A stretch of DNA of 53,865 bases, filler included, from Sluysia triapertura (lineage: Eukaryota), in assembly GCA_046118255.1 (NCBI GenBank). It is 4 parts of 4 records of this genome, joined end to end, with 100 filler letters (N's around TTAATTAATTAA, not from the genome) between each part and the next. Parts side by side here need not be neighbours in the genome. Positions count along the whole stretch, not along the records: positions 12,382 to 25,832 come from JBJNIA010039029.1; positions 25,933 to 38,763 come from JBJNIA010079266.1; 2 more parts are not named here. One strand, written 5' to 3'. The notes beneath the pieces were generated by a model. The model did not search any database. It was not told where the DNA came from and worked only from the letters and a program-made list of their open reading frames with translations. The position numbers were made by a program, and so were the translations under genes. Shown piece after piece: positions 12,382 to 27,841 of the stretch (position 1 is its first letter; each line of letters opens with the position of its first letter).

Positions 12382-14269
12382 TCGATACAAATAAAGCAGA
12401 TAAGTTTGATAAATTGATTAATCCGAATTGGGACTTATTACGTGTCATTACAATTTTTTAAGGATTTAAAAAATTAACTGTTTAAGATAAACCTAGATTA
12501 ACGCTCTTTCATTTGTCATTAAGCATTCATTAAAGAATTAATATAAGCATCCATTAAAGAATTAAACTTTGTGAGCTAACATTATCCTACTCGTCATTTA
12601 TAGAAATAGCGTTGTTACTTTAAGTACCTTAATCTTTAGTTTTTTAAGTCGCGTTAAAATCCTACGAAAGCGTCCTTTTATAAGATAAAACGTTTATCGT
12701 AGGCGAACCCATTTTAAGAATAAACATAATTGTTCGTAGGAAACTGAACATTGTGAATAATGATGATGTTCATGCTGCGTTTAAATGGCTTTGATTCCGC
12801 TCGAACTGTCAGTGCGAAATCTCACAATGTTTCTTCTTTCTAAATGGAAAATAATAATTAAAATTCACGCTTTATGAAACGGAAGTTATTTTAAATTGTA
12901 CGGGATATTTATAAAATTACAATAAGAAAGTTTCAAAATTTCAGCTCAATATGTTTATTAATTATAATAATTAAAATAGTTGTGGACAATTTCGTCCAAG
13001 CTTGGTAATCGTAGAGCTAAAATAATTAAATTTACACTAGAAAAGATATTAAAAATTTATTATTGATACTTATTTTAGCAAATACTCGAGGAATTAATTT
13101 AAGTTTTCAAAATTAGTTTGCTTTTAGTGAAACTTCACAAAATATACAAATAAGAATTACAATAAGAATTACAATGAATCAGTGTGACATTATTTTTGTA
13201 TTTTAGAAAGAAAATTTAATAATCTTCATTTTTTGTTATTATCATTATTTATTAAATAAGAATTATAAGATTTTTAAAAAGAAAATTTTTCCTTTTACTT
13301 TGCATGTAAAACTTAATATGAATTTTAAATTAAAATATAAACAAGAACTGAGCTATCACAGGATTTAATTTATTTCAAAGTATCAATTTTATAATTTCAG
13401 GTTTATTAAATTAATTTGAAAAACTTCTCTTATTGCCGTCATAAAAAATATTTTTTTACAATCACTAACTGCGGCTGTCGCCGATAAGGCATCTGCTGAA
13501 TTGCTCCGGAAACTGGTGTCACTTATCAATGTTATGAATATGTGATTTCATTTAGACACGCATGACATAGAAACTAACTGATTTATTACTATTTGGTATA
13601 ATTATAATAAATATTTTACTAGTTATCTTACTGATTATTCAAAACACAATTTATTCTTCTTCTAACTCTTGGGAATTTAGCTTTTTATTTTTATCTAGTT
13701 TAAATATGTCTGATTATTATTTTACACTATAAAAATCCTCACTATATGTTATCAATTCAAGTCTCTTTATAAAATTTATAATTCTTTTAAACTTCACTTA
13801 ATATTATTACTTTATATTAAACTTAGCTGGATGTATGAGTCGATATACTCGTCCCTGTTGTTTAGGATAGAAGTGCTTAACAATTATATAGTTACACTTT
13901 AATTAATACTTCAAGATAATATTTTATTTAGTAGTGACACCAGTCCCAAAGATTGATTTTAAAATAAAATAAAATAATAGCACTCCAAAATGATTTATTT
14001 ATTTCTTTTATTTATAAAGTATAAAATAAAATTTTAAGAAATATAAAATGAAATAACAAATAAATACTCACTGAATTAAAATTGTTTATATCAATATTGA
14101 ATAATAGAGTTCTTGTTCTTCACAATGTTTAGTAATAGAATTCTTGTTTTTCAATGTTACTGTTCACGCTAGATCGGCCAAAAATTTATCTTCTTCAATA
14201 TCCACAATGTGTGTTTCGTTTTACTTTTTACTCTTTTTATACTCTTTGTACAGTATAGTAGTCAAAATC

Positions 14270-14480
14270 AGTATAAATCCAAAATTTTGTAATAATAATT
14301 AATAGTTAATACGAATCCAAAAATTTTTGTAATATTAAATAGTCAATAATAATAATAATCATAATTTTTTGTAATACAATTCCAATATCATACTAATAAT
14401 TTTATAGTATAAATCCAATAATACATACAAGTCAGTAATAATCATAATTTTTGTAATGCATACTAATAATTTTATATAGA
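14270..14480. repeat. Degenerate minisatellite
   Basis: Recurring aatcc/aatcataa-ttttgtaat and catactaataattttata units. Confidence 0.6.
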
Positions 14481-17400
14481 TTCAATATTCAATAATGCAT
14501 ACAATGTCACACAATAATAATAATAACAATAATAATAATACTTAATTATAATTTCACTCTATTCTGGAATATTATATTTGAAAATATTAAAATATTACTT
14601 ATTAAAATATTACAAATATTACTTAAAATTTATTATAATTAATATATTACACATATTAAATTTATTTATTAAAAAAATTAAAAGTTTACATGCATTTTTA
14701 TTTGACATTTATATATATAGTCTATTTATTATATAGTCTATTTATAGTTTACATAATTATAAAGAATAAATTTTAATTATAAAGAATTATTTCCATTTTA
14801 TATTGAGAAAATTTCAAATTTGAAGTTCAACTTGTGGAAGGTACACTGTTTTATTTTAGAGGCAAAAATATGAGTCATAGATATATACATCTACATAAGT
14901 CGAATTTCTATTCCGTACCAAAAATAATCAAGTTATAAAAAATATTACATTTAGGACTTTGTTTCATGAAAGTTTTACTGTACATTTTCTACTCGGATAT
15001 TAAAATGAAACATTTTGCGCATAACTTCAATTGAAATTTAAATTTGATTAGCGAAATTTTCATTTTACACCAAAAATAGGCACAGAGACACCTTCAAGTT
15101 GCAAGATGAAGGATAATGTATTTCGTTCTAAATGCAAAAAGAATGTGTTTTAAATTTTATTCTTGCGAAAATATTGTTCTAAAACAAATAAATAATTTTT
15201 ATTTGGAAATTTTTATTTTTATTTTTTGCTTTTGTTGCTTAGTAAATATATACCGTTAGTTAAATATGTAAATATCGAAAAAATTGCTTTAAAATAATTA
15301 AATATGATCGTTTTCTGTTAAATCAATTGTTGTCTATATATGTCAATTTTGAAATCCCCGATATTAACGGGTTAATATAAATTTGTTTTTCTTTTTATTA
15401 AATTGTAGCAATTGCAATAATATTACGATAAGAATATTAATATTCACTTCTTATACAAAGTAAATATCATTAAATCAATAAAAACTCTGAAGGAAATGAA
15501 TATCACGAAGAGAATTGGCTTCATAAAAGAAGACTATTATAATTATAATCTTTTATGAAAATTAATTTGATATAGATCAAAGAAGATCATTAAAGAATAA
15601 TTTTTAAATGGAGGTTACATAATTTTAGTGATAAAATAGTGTTAGGATCCATATACTAAATCTCTAAGTATTTGTAAGTTCCTTTAAAGACAAAGCAAAT
15701 TGTAAAGGACATTTTTTAATTTTGATGTGAATTCTTTTTACTTTTAACAAAAAGTTCAAATTATTTGTCAAAATTTAAATATAGAAACATATTGGCATAC
15801 GATATTTAATTAGAATTTTTGTTTAACTAAAAAATGCACTCGTTATTTTTTAACGGTGCTCGAATTTTATGTATGAATGAAAAAGAGAAAAATTCGAATA
15901 TTTTGCCTTTTGTTTCACTTTTATCAGTTGTCTGTATTTAGACAGATATGATTATTTTATTGTTATATTTTTATTTTTTCATTGTTGTAATCCTTCAGAA
16001 ATAAAACAAATAATTAATATTTCAATTTGGTATTACTTTCAATCTTCCATTATTATTTTCTAAAGTTTATTACGTCTTAAGTTTTTATATTTATTTAGTA
16101 TTTGCATTTAAATGATGCGTCTTTAATTTTTCATTGATATTCATGCTGGTGATAGATGAAATAAATTCTCTAAACATATGATTAAAATATTTATAATTTA
16201 TTGGTGATCACATAAAATTTATTCCTAGAAACTTAGTATTTTTTAAAATAATGTATTATAAGTATTAGTAAAAGAATAACTTCGTATAAATGGAATAATT
16301 TATTATTTTAAATATGTATATTAAAAATATGTATATCATTGTAATTTTTTAAACAAGAATTATAATTATAAATATTAAAATTGAAAAAAACTCCATTGAT
16401 GAAAACGAATTGATTTTATGATATATAATAACATTATCTTTTATAATTGATTCGATAGCAGTAATAAAATAATGAATGATTTGATGAAAATTTGATATAC
16501 ACTTAAATTAGATTTTACTTAAGGAGTCTGAATCGAATTTTCTTGGATGAGAAATGATTTTAAAAAATTTTGGCTTATGACATTAAAGTTTGTGTTTGGA
16601 GTAAGATTTTGAAACAAATTAATGAAAGCGAATGTAATCCAACCTGTAATAAGTTATATTTCTACTGAAAAAGAATTAATATTTTGAAAAACAAATTAAA
16701 TTGTATTATTATTTAAATTATTTAAATTTTGAAGTCCCAGAATGTAGAATTTAAAAATGATTAATTTTACAATTGTTTTAGGGTTAATTTAAAAGCCAAA
16801 CGTCTGTAATAATTAAACTACAGCATTGAACACATTTTATCTAGTCTTAAAATTTCCCTTTAATTTGAATTTTATCTAACATTTCCAAATTGAATAAAAA
16901 TTTTTTCTCTCATAAATTTCTCTAGATATATCTATGATGTGGTTCTAGTAGTTCAAAAAGCCTATAATCATAAAAGTAATTCACCTGTGATCTATGACTT
17001 ACAGAAAATTTAATCAATGAGATTTTGTAGAATAAATATTTAAATTAATTTTGTAAAGAAACATTGAAGTCAATAGCACTGTTAACTCATAGATTGTTAT
17101 GTATATCATTTAGTATGCGTTTATGGTTTTGGTTAAACTATAAAACTTTAAAACAATATTTGGTTATTTAAATTCTTTGTAATGGATTTTAAAATTAGAG
17201 GTCAAATAAAGAATTAGATTTTAAATGAATTTTGTAGTAGTCTTCAGTTTCAACATCTATTCAAATGAGGTATGAAAATGCGCAATATATTCTTAAAGGT
17301 TTTTCAACAAAAATCATTTTATAACAATAATTATTTTTATTTATATATTTATTTATATATATAAAAAGTAAAACAAAACAATACTAATATTTAAATAATT

Positions 17401-19011
17401 TACTTAATAATTTTAAAGTTGATTTTGACCAGCTGTTTAAAATGATTAATGTTGAGGTTTTTAAAGGATAATGTTTCGTAATAGTAATTTGAAGGAATCA
17501 ACATTTTTTAAAGTTTTACAAAAAATATATAAGTACATTAATTAATTAATTTAATTAAAATTATTTGATAATTATTTTTGCTCAGTAACTTTGTAAAAGG
17601 TGTTTGCATATATAATTCAATGATGAAATGTATTAGTTAAACTAACACGATAACATAATTAATTTTCGTAATCTTCATCTTTATAAAGTTAAATTTCTAT
17701 ATTATATTGACCATATCTAAAAAATGTATGAAAAATTAATGATAATTAAGCGATTATTTCATACGTGGTATAGCGTTGATGTGTTGCATATTAGAAATAT
17801 GTTTTATATTTGATTAGAATTATATTTAATTTATGTTGATGTATTATTGTATCAATAAGTAATATAATAAGAAATTTATAATCAAACATAAATATATTTT
17901 ATCCCTCAAAATCGAAATGAATAATAATGTGACATTATAATTATAATAGTCACTACATCATGACGTTGTTGCTTGCTCACTGAAATGCCAATTCACATTT
18001 CTTAGAGCATCTTAATTAAAATTATATAAAATCTTAGTTGTTTCGACGAAAAATATAATCAAAAAATGTAGAATGTATAAAAATACTTGTTCAAGCTTAT
18101 TATCATAATAATCAAAACATAGAAAATGATAGTGATGCCCTTATTCCTGAAACTCCATTTAGTATGTTACAATCTTAATTTTAAAGCTCCGTTGTTACGA
18201 ATATTGTTACTCCAGACTTATCCTATAATCTTTTATAAATTTTATTCTTAATCAAGCTTTTATATATACATATTACTCTGTATGAGGCTCCTTGCAACAT
18301 ATTCATCAATGAATAATGGCTAACATATCTATACACTTCGAAATCTGGTAGAATTTAGTAAATGCTTTGAATTTTATCCTTTTTATACATTGCATCTCTA
18401 CTTATTTAATTTAACAGTAATCCTATTCGTATTTATTGTTTTTTATTCATTAATTGGGTATATTATTACCCTTTAAATTATTAAATAAAATAGTGAAACT
18501 ATTTACATTTCCTGATGAAAATAAGTTTATGAATTAAAATAATTTCTTGCCATTTGTTACTAACAGGTACTAATGATGGAGTAAACCTTATCCAAGCTTG
18601 TACATATTTTTACACAGACGTTATTTTGATAATGATAGAGTATATACTATCAGGTATCACTTCAAAGTAAGCTTTATGAAGTCTCATATCATTTTTTATA
18701 AAGAAATTACTGAAAGTAAATTCTCGTTCAGTTTTCAATCAATCACAAGTGAAAATATTTATCATCAAGCCTTGAATGATTATTTTAATTTATACCAAGT
18801 GATAGTCTTATAAGTTTTTCAAGTTACTTAAATGAGATCTAATAGGTTTAATCTAATAGGTTTAATTTCAATTCATTCACTCCGTAATGTTGGCTTACTT
18901 CCTGAATATTTAATATCTTCTTATAATTTATATTTCTCTTTTCTGTTCATATTTCCTTGGCATTTTATACTCTACTATAATTTCTATCACATATAAGAAC
19001 TACACCTTTCA

Positions 19012-19145
19012 ATTGTATTACAACCCTTTAAACTCTTAAAAATACAAAAGTAATATTAATTTTCAAAAAAGGAAAATAAAATTTTCCAAAAAAGGAATAG
19101 AAAATTCTAGAATTTTCGAGAAATTCCATTGATATATATATATAC
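19012..19145 (+). mobile_element. LTR-like family A, copy 2 (internally deleted), HSE at 19099-19123
   Basis: tgtattacaaccctttaaa...aGAAa aTTCt aGAAt tTTCg aGAAa followed by a TA-rich tract. Confidence 0.6.
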
Positions 19146-22007
19146 AATAATAATAATATAATTTAATGATTACACGACAATCCGAACCAAACTGATCCAG
19201 CTATTTTTTGGAATTTCGTTTTAAGGATTCAAATTAGTAAGTTAATTTTTCTTAATTTATTTTTTGGCTTCAGTTTAATAATAAAATCCTATTCCGATTT
19301 AATGGAAGAAGATTCATAACTAAAGTTAAAATTGCAAAATGTAATCTATTATTATTCTGATTTTCTCACATTATATTTTCTCTATTATATTTAGTAATAC
19401 ATTTTCAAGGTTTTATTTATTAAATTTGCAAATGAACTAATTTAAAATTTGATACCGAGTCATTTGTAAAATCGTATAGAAACTCTCTGAAATTATAATT
19501 TGGAATAGATTATATCGTGCTACGGATTTAAGTTTTATAATAAGACCTTCGATTGGATCAATTAGTACGTTAGAATTATAGGTCAAACTTGACAGTACGT
19601 TAAAAGTAAAATTTGCCGTAGGTTAAGAGTATAATGATTTATGATTTAATATTGGGAATTTTATTTGATTAAAAATGAATGTTTTTACGTTTGAAAATTT
19701 TAATTGATATATTCGTCCAGATGTTGAGTGGCCGATAAATTATGATTTTGGAAAAACTAACTAATGTTATTTGTTCTTTACTTAAAAGTTTATTGCTCCA
19801 AGTTGTATATTTCGAGAGAAAAATGAGTTCTCTTTTATTCTCTTTATCAATAATTAAAATATTGGAATGGATATCCAATGAAACAAATAAAACGTAACTA
19901 AAATAAATAATAGGAAACTCAAGGTTGAAAGAACTTCTTACTTTAAGTGGGAAGTCGAATTCAGAATGACAGAACCGGAAAAATCTTTGACGGGATCCGG
20001 GAACTCTCGGAAACAGCATCGGGATATCCGGTGTTGTGTATATTTCTGTTATTATTGATTGGGATGCGCAGATATTTCAACAAATATTTACACCTATTAT
20101 CAACTTAGTCGTCAGAATTATTTAAATAATGTTTATCCAAGCTTCTACATCTGTTGTTGATTTTATTATTATAATGTTGAGCCAAATCTTTATAAGCCAT
20201 GTAATTAACGTCCAAATTGATTTAGTTTATTAATCTTTATTTGTTTATGACCGCACTCTGTTATGTAATGAAGAAATATTTTTAAACTAAAAAAAGGAGA
20301 AATCGGGCTTTTTATTTTTAGGATGCTAGTTATATATAAAATTCTAAAAATTTCTAAAAATAGATTTAATGAATGAGTGTTAATCCTAAAAATAGATTTA
20401 TTAATTATTTTGCATTGTATAAATATAACATACTTATGTCTGTTAATTTTAAAATAGATTTATTAATTATTTTGTATATATAACAATCTATGTTTGTCAT
20501 TCTAAAAATAGATAATGATTTAAAAATTAATAATAATATAGATAAAATAATTTTAATGCTTTTAAATAATTATTTAATACTTTTAAATAAAATATAAAAA
20601 TGCTTTCATATTATTAAATTTATAGAATAATATATTATAATTTGTTTAAAAGAATTCAATCAAGGTCGTTCAAATAAGTATTTAAAGCATTGTTAAATTC
20701 ACATTCAGTCAATTAATCTTTAAAACTTTAAAATATTTGGTTTTTAAAATCTTACTTCCATTTGGAGTTTAATCAGTTTGTTGTTGGATCTCGTGATTTT
20801 AATTTGTAGAGTAATAGCTCACATTCAATTTAAATGAGTTTAGTAGAACGAAAACTCACACTTAAAGTCATTAATTTCTTTTATCGCCCCTTCTAATTTG
20901 AGAGTCGAAAAACAAATTCATTAAAATTTATATCTATATTATATTATAATCTGATAACCTAATTATTATTAATTACTTGTATTTTTTCTTTATTTTATTC
21001 TATTTAATAGATTTTTAGTATAAAATTTTATATTTCATTTGTAATTATATGTAAAGTACATCGTTTTTGCACGGACATAAAATATACTAAAAATTATTAA
21101 AAGAAAGTCGATTTAAGGCACCGTTTTTACTGTATGGTAGAAAAGTCTGACGTAAACTATCATCGATTAAATTTTAAATAATAACTTTTATAACATTTCA
21201 AAGAAATATATTGCAATGGCATTACCCTGTAACAAATTAGTTATAAAAATTAATAATTACTAACTTCCATTAACATTTCTTTTGATTGCTACTTACAACA
21301 TAGCCCTTAAGTGAAAAGCTATTCCTTTTCACTACACAAAGTTCTTGCATATATATATACTAATATTTATATATGTTATCTTATTCCAGGAATTGAGTAT
21401 TATAATTGATTTTTATAAAAATGCTGATTTATATTGAGTTATAATTAAGTGTTATAAAGAAACTTATTTATACTTTGTTATAAATTTTAGAATATATTGA
21501 GATTCAGACTCAGTCAATATAAAATAATTATCTAATTTAATTTAAAAATATAAAAATGCAACAATTGTTTACAAAATGTAATGAAAACTGCGCATAATCT
21601 TAATTTATAAAAAACTAATAAATAATTAACGACAAATTAATAATCGATCTGAATCTTACGTAAGGTTTTTTTAAGAATTTTAATTTTACTCAACGCTGTA
21701 AGGTAGAAGTTTGTCTTTGTTCTCAAGAAATGATGAATAAAAATTTTTGACAGTTGAACTGTTTAATTTAAATATTTAAAAATTTTTCTTTGTTCTATAT
21801 TCTAGATTTTTGTGCACTTTCCTTTTGAAGTTTTTCTTTAAAATATATTGCAATACTGTTTTGTGTATTAATATATATTCCATAAAAATTCGGTAGATCT
21901 TTAAAATTCATATCAAATTTATATAAAATGCACATAAAATTCATTTCTATATATCATTCATAAATTTTTATTAGTGCAATTAATATTACATAAAAATACT
22001 TTCATCA

Positions 22008-22069
<62 letters not shown>
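22008..22069. repeat. (ATT)20 microsatellite
   Basis: Seen directly. Confidence 0.98.
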
Positions 22070-22835
22070 CACTAACTGTTACCTTATTATTTTAAATTTG
22101 TGACATTAACAACACTAACTTTTCTTTAGTTATTTATTGTTTATTTATTAATGTATTATTATTATTATCATTATAAATAATAATAGTAATATTATTATTG
22201 TAAAAATTAAGAATGCTGTATATGTATAATGTCACTTGTTCTCTACGCTGAGTTCTTTTTATCTTAACTGTCCTTATCGCGTGTCAATACTTATATACTA
22301 ATATTAATTCATTTAACTTATTTAAATGTTTTATCTTTGGTGTCGAAAGTCTTATACTCATCTCCGTTGTTCGAGATGGAAATGCTTAATAAACAATGTA
22401 TCGTTTATTATTAAAGAAAAGTCCACATAGTTTATACACCATCTCAAAATCACTTTATCACATATGAACATTTCTTACATAAAAACACAAAGTCTGAGCT
22501 TTTTTAGCCAGAATTTTTTATGGTTGCTTTTTTGATAACTGCAGTTCAGCTTTTATTTGAGTCTAAATATTTTTCGTAATTAATTTCTGGTTTAATGCCA
22601 ACTTTATTTGGACTTTCTTATTTAACAATTTCTGATTATGACTATTTTTATTTATTATTTTCTTTTCTCTAAATCTTTTAATTTTATTGGCCGCTTACAT
22701 TTCAAATTACTAAATTAGTACATCAATCCCCACGATGCATAACATAAATATTCAATGAAATGTGAATTGCCACTGAGGTAGCCAATTCATATTGACTGGG
22801 ATGCAAGATAAAACTGATTAATTGATTTAGTGACA

Positions 22836-22986
22836 NNNNNNNNNNNNNNNNNNNNNNNNNNNNNNNNNNNNNNNNNNNNNNNNNNNNNNNNNNNNNNNNN
22901 NNNNNNNNNNNNNNNNNNNNNNNNNNNNNNNNNNNNNNNNNNNNNNNNNNNNNNNNNNNNNNNNNNNNNNNNNNNNNNNNNNNNNN
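22836..22986. other. Assembly gap (151 N)
   Basis: N run. Confidence 0.99.
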
Positions 22987-23165
22987 CAAATTAGAAACAA
23001 AGATCAAAATAACTAAATACATTGTTTAACAATATCTCTTTGATTTTGTTTCTTTTTTTCATTTGTTTGTTTTGCTTTAATTATATTTTGTTTTGTTTTA
23101 CTCTGATTATTTTGTTCCAATTTTTTTATGTTTATAAAAGATTGTTTCTGAAATATTTATCGCAG

Positions 23166-23325
23166 AAAGATGCAGTTGAAATAGTTAGTGCAATTGGTCA
23201 AGCGTTTGATATTTGTCACAAATTACACAATTCTGATAAAGATATTGATGGATCTGATCAATCAGGCAGTGAAACAGGTGCTACAGATACTGGGCCAAAC
23301 TCGACACCAAATAGTTATCCACCAG
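23166..23325 (+). CDS. Internal exon of a PTB-domain adaptor (NOS1AP/CAPON/DYC-1-like)
   Basis: cgcag acceptor, cag|gtagtt donor; KDAVEIVSAIGQAFDICHKL resembles the PTB terminal helix AMRIVRTVGQAFEVCHKL; S/T/D/G-rich tail. Other exons not found. Confidence 0.8.
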
Positions 23326-24869
23326 GTAGTTTTATGTAGAAAATTTTACATTAAAAGTTTCTCGAAATAAATAATTTAATAATTCATTAATATATTAATA
23401 AATCACAATTTATTTTAAAATGTACTTTAAATATATTATTCTTTCTATTTGGCTTACTTAGCTACAAAATAACTAAGTATTTTATTCGAAAAAGCATGTA
23501 GCTGCAAAATTTTACAAAAATTAGATTATTTTATTATTTATTGTAACACTAATTTTAATTTTTGATAATTTAAAGTAACAAGTTAATTTTTAATGCATTT
23601 TGTTTACTTTTAAGAATAAGGCATAAGTAGTGCATAAAGTGTTTAAGAGGATTTAGGACAGATATCTCATTTAATAAACATGTTTAGATACTTTGTACAC
23701 TGTCATTTAATAATAAATGTGAATTTACTTATCACAGTAAAACAGTGTCAACACCATTTATTATATACGCAGATTTTGATTCTTTATTACTAAAAGACGG
23801 ACAATTTCAACTACAATTTGAAATATGGTTATCATTAGTAGACCCAAAAAACGGAAAAAAGTTGTTTTGTATTTGATAAATGTGTAGTAAGATGATTTTC
23901 AATAAATTTGAAGAACGTGTTCAAAATATAACTATGTTTTATTACCAAGATCAAAAATAAATGAAGAATTACGATTTTCTTTTTAAAAAATGGATCAACC
24001 ATTATATGAGAAGTATTCAATAACTTTTAATAAAATTTTAATTGCCGCCTACGCCGAGTTACGCGTTTATGATTTTGACATATGAAAATGAAAAATTTTC
24101 TTTAGGTCTTATAGCAATATTGATATTATTAATGATTTTGAATTGCAATTGAACCTGGTTTTATAGAATTCACAGTATTGGAGAATTATTTATAAATAAT
24201 CTTCACGTTCGTCGGCAAGTCTTTTTATAAAATACGTGTCACTCGAAAATTTTTCGCGACCCATAGGATAAGGTTAAATTAATAATTGATTAAGTCACAA
24301 TGAAAGTAAAGGTAATAAAACTGAAAGGAATGCTTACATGGTATAAATACTAGTCGGTATTTTTTGATTGGCTAGAGGTAATTTAGATATTTAGAGAAGG
24401 ATTTGGTAATGAATTTATTCAAAAAAGAAAATTATAACTAAACTAAATGTATATACTAATATAAAACTACAAATACGATTATATATGTGATTATATATGA
24501 AAAGTAAAAAATTCAATGTCAAAAGTTTATGGTCCAGGTAAACGGAAAACAGTCGCCACACATAGTCACGCATTCAAGTGACATGTCGCTTCACATTTTG
24601 AAAAACATTTGACCTTGTGAACGTACAAGACTATATTAGTTACCAATAATGCAAAAATATTATCATTAAGAGGTAATCTTTAAAAATAAAATTTACTTTA
24701 CGATGAAATTATAATAAGTATTAATAGTTTTAAACAATAATTTTAAATTTAATATCATTGTTAATAATTTTTGTCATACTAAATGTATGGCTATTAAGGG
24801 AAATTCGGTAGTGTTATCAAATTCGTGGAGAAAAGAGATTTTGTTCAAATTTTATAATTTTGAACTAAG

Positions 24870-25350
24870 ATCATTTTCGAATTATGCTCATGTACGAATT
24901 CTACAATTGTGCAATATTTGAAAGATCATTACAAAATACAATCGTTTCGACAACCATTCATCAAACAACACTACATAATGAGATTGGCCTTACTTTATTT
25001 GTCAATTTTTTTAAATCGTTTTCTTTATATAGAATTTGAGTTTTCCTTGTTAAATGTTTCCGGTTCTTTTCTTCTGTTGAAAATTCGTTACCTAAATCCG
25101 GATACTAAATTGAATTTTAAGAATATTAGGAGACATTGGAATTTATTTAGCTCGCAAATTAAAATTGATTGCCCTGTGTTACAATTAGTCTGATCGATTT
25201 TGCAGAATGGTTACTTCATCTATGTTAAAAATTTCATTAAATGATTTTAGACTTACTACATATGCTTCCTGTACCACATGTTCATCTAGTAAGAAATTTC
25301 TTGCAGTTCTAATACTGCATATTATTTCCTCGATAATCTATTTTATGTGT
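24870..25350 (-). mobile_element. Degenerate non-LTR retrotransposon reverse transcriptase fragment
   Basis: With frameshifts: EPETFNK / KTQILYKENDLKKLTNKVRPISLCSVV (RPISL at ~24964-24990), then VHEHN (GCxEH-like). Confidence 0.55.
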
Positions 25351-25642
25351 CCGATTTTGATTTCTTGACTTGAAATAACTACACGCGCTTTAAAGTTCTG
25401 TGCCTTATACATATTTATATCCAAATTAACTGGTTCCTCTATATTTTTATCATTATTTTTGTGATTTTATTTCAATATTTAAATCTTATATTGTTAATTC
25501 ATGAGTGAAGCATTTTTATTTATTGATATTAATATTGTTTCTTCATCGGAGTCCATTAATTCGTGGCTACTTACATCCTGATTACTTACCTCTTCTACAT
25601 AATCACTTGAACTTCATTTTTCACTATTATCTTCTAATATAT

Positions 25643-25832
25643 TGTTAGGTCTGCCATCACAACCCTTTAAATTATCATAAAATGTTTTAAAATTATTTAT
25701 AAGTGTCAAAAACACCTAAAAATATTAATTTTCCAAAAAAGAAATTATTTTTTCTAAAAAAGAAAATAAAATTTCGAAAATAGAAAATAAGCTTCTAAAA
25801 ATAGATTAGAAGCTTCTAGAATGTTCTAGAAT
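25643..25832 (+). mobile_element. LTR-like family A, copy 3 (runs into gap), HSE at 25808-25832
   Basis: Begins TGTTAGGtctgccatcacaaccct; aGAAg cTTCt aGAAt gTTCt aGAAt. Confidence 0.7.
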
Positions 25833-25932
25833 NNNNNNNNNNNNNNNNNNNNNNNNNNNNNNNNNNNNNNNNNNNNTTAATTAATTAANNNNNNNNNNNN
25901 NNNNNNNNNNNNNNNNNNNNNNNNNNNNNNNN
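25833..25932. other. Assembly gap with stop linker
   Basis: N44-TTAATTAATTAA-N44. Confidence 0.97.
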
Positions 25933-26004
25933 AAACATGAGGTTCCTTCACGAAACCCATGGGCTCGAAGGGTTCCTAGAAGTATAAAAGGTTGAAGACC
26001 CCTG
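25933..26004. mobile_element. hAT (Charlie/Buster-like) element terminus
   Basis: Ends aaaaggttgaagacccctg, the complement of a CAGGGGTxTxCAACCT-type TIR, with subterminal gggttcc motifs. Confidence 0.6.
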
Positions 26005-27841
26005 GCTTACGTCGTCATACGTTAGCCTTAATGGTTCAGTTTTCTCGGCTTGCGGTTACCCGGTATTTTGGGACTGGAAAGATTTGTTTAATATAAATAA
26101 TTAAACGAAGAATCCATATTTTCAATACATTTATATTTAAATGATATTTTCTAGATGTTTAATTTCAATCTTTAGTTCCATGTCATCTATTTATATTAAG
26201 TTAATTTTGTTTTTAATTTTTCGTCATATACAACGTCTGTATTAGATGTTACTAAGGACATGGATTATACTTATTTCTCGCTAAAGAATTCTCATTGACG
26301 TCTTTAGTTGGTTCTATACTGTCATATTATAGACCTTTATTTTGAGAAATTTATCCAGGTTTGTTTATAATTATTCTTTATGGCAATTTTTTAATAAGCA
26401 TCGAATTTATTTTTAATTGTACGAGTAAGAAAGAGTTTCATGTTTATTCTAAAGAAATATTTTGCCGAACTCCCCATCTATATAATATCTTAATTAAAAA
26501 TTTATTTACTTGAATGAAAGTAATCCTTTGCACTTTTATTATCATTATTTTGTTATATAAGCAAAAAGATACTTTATATTTTGTAAATAAATTTTGGCAA
26601 ATTGAATTTTTCAATATATTTTGTGCTTAAACGTACTATTAATAACATCAATTTTGATTAGGCGTTGTGAAGGGTTTTATGATAACAAGTTGAATTAAGG
26701 GGAATTGACTGTGATGAAGTAAGGTGCAACAAGGAATTCACAACTCCTGACATTCATAATGGGATGAATTATGAAAAGAAATGTAAATGTGAAAGCTTTT
26801 AAGAAGCTGATTAGCTAAAAGAATTAGATTTTATATACGAAATTACCCTTTTATGATCGCAAGTCAAAATAATGTTTTGAAAATGGCTTGTGTTCAAGGT
26901 CGTAATTGGCCTAAACAAAAATGAATTACAAATAAAGATTTGAATTTGCAACATAAAGAAATTTTCTTAAATTCAACATCTGGATCGATTTTTTAACATG
27001 CGCATTGCATTAAATTAAAATGTTAGAATATATAGTAACTTCACAGTACAATAAAGGTAACAGTTAAAACTGAAGATGATGAAATATACTTAATTTGCAT
27101 ACATCAATATTTCAAGGTTTATAATTATTTCTAATGAAGTAACTCTTTCAAAATATTAAATATTTTTTAGAAATATGCTTGCGCTTTAATTGGTATTACT
27201 TTATTAAACAAAAATTATTCAATTCATACTAATGAATTTTTATTTTATCTGAATAACGATGTATTTTCTCGATATTTACTAATTGAAAAAAATTCGGTTA
27301 ATTTTATGATATTAATGTTAGCAAAATTGATTTTCATGGTGTTAATGTAAAATACAAGAAACTTTATATCAAATATCAAACTGTCTTTATTGTTAAGCTT
27401 TAATTAATTTTTTATGCTTCAAATGTGCTCAATTATTCAAAGTTCAATTTTGCGGTGATTGGAAGAGTCCAATCGAAAAGATTTTTGTATATGTTTGAAA
27501 AGCCTTTGTAGATTTTATTTTTATATAAGGTATTTCGCATGATTTTTGATTTTTAAGCTTTTTAATAATAGAATGTCTTTAAAAACTTTAACTTTTATTA
27601 AAATTTTTAATTACATTTTCAACTTTGGAAAAATATATTTTTTACAAAAACTAACAAAATGTTCGAAGGCTGTGACTTCAAATAATTACGGAAATTGTCT
27701 CTTCCATTGTATTATTCCTATAATCTATTTTGATATTAAAATAAGATAAACATATTTATCTATTCGATTCGAAATCTAAAACTTATCACTATTTAATTCA
27801 AATAATAAAATAATTTTTTTAAAATTTAATTCATAATTTAG

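Noticed and set aside
13460-13530. GC-rich island, possible exon or gypsy pol linker (AIQQMPYRR)
   Set aside because: Too short; no consistent splice sites or flanking motifs
14270-14480. CRISPR-like repeat array
   Set aside because: Degenerate AT-rich units without unique regular spacers; eukaryotic context and no cas genes
24030-24280. piggyBac-like end (...ataaggTTAA; also ~15375)
   Set aside because: No matching opposite TIR or transposase found by eye
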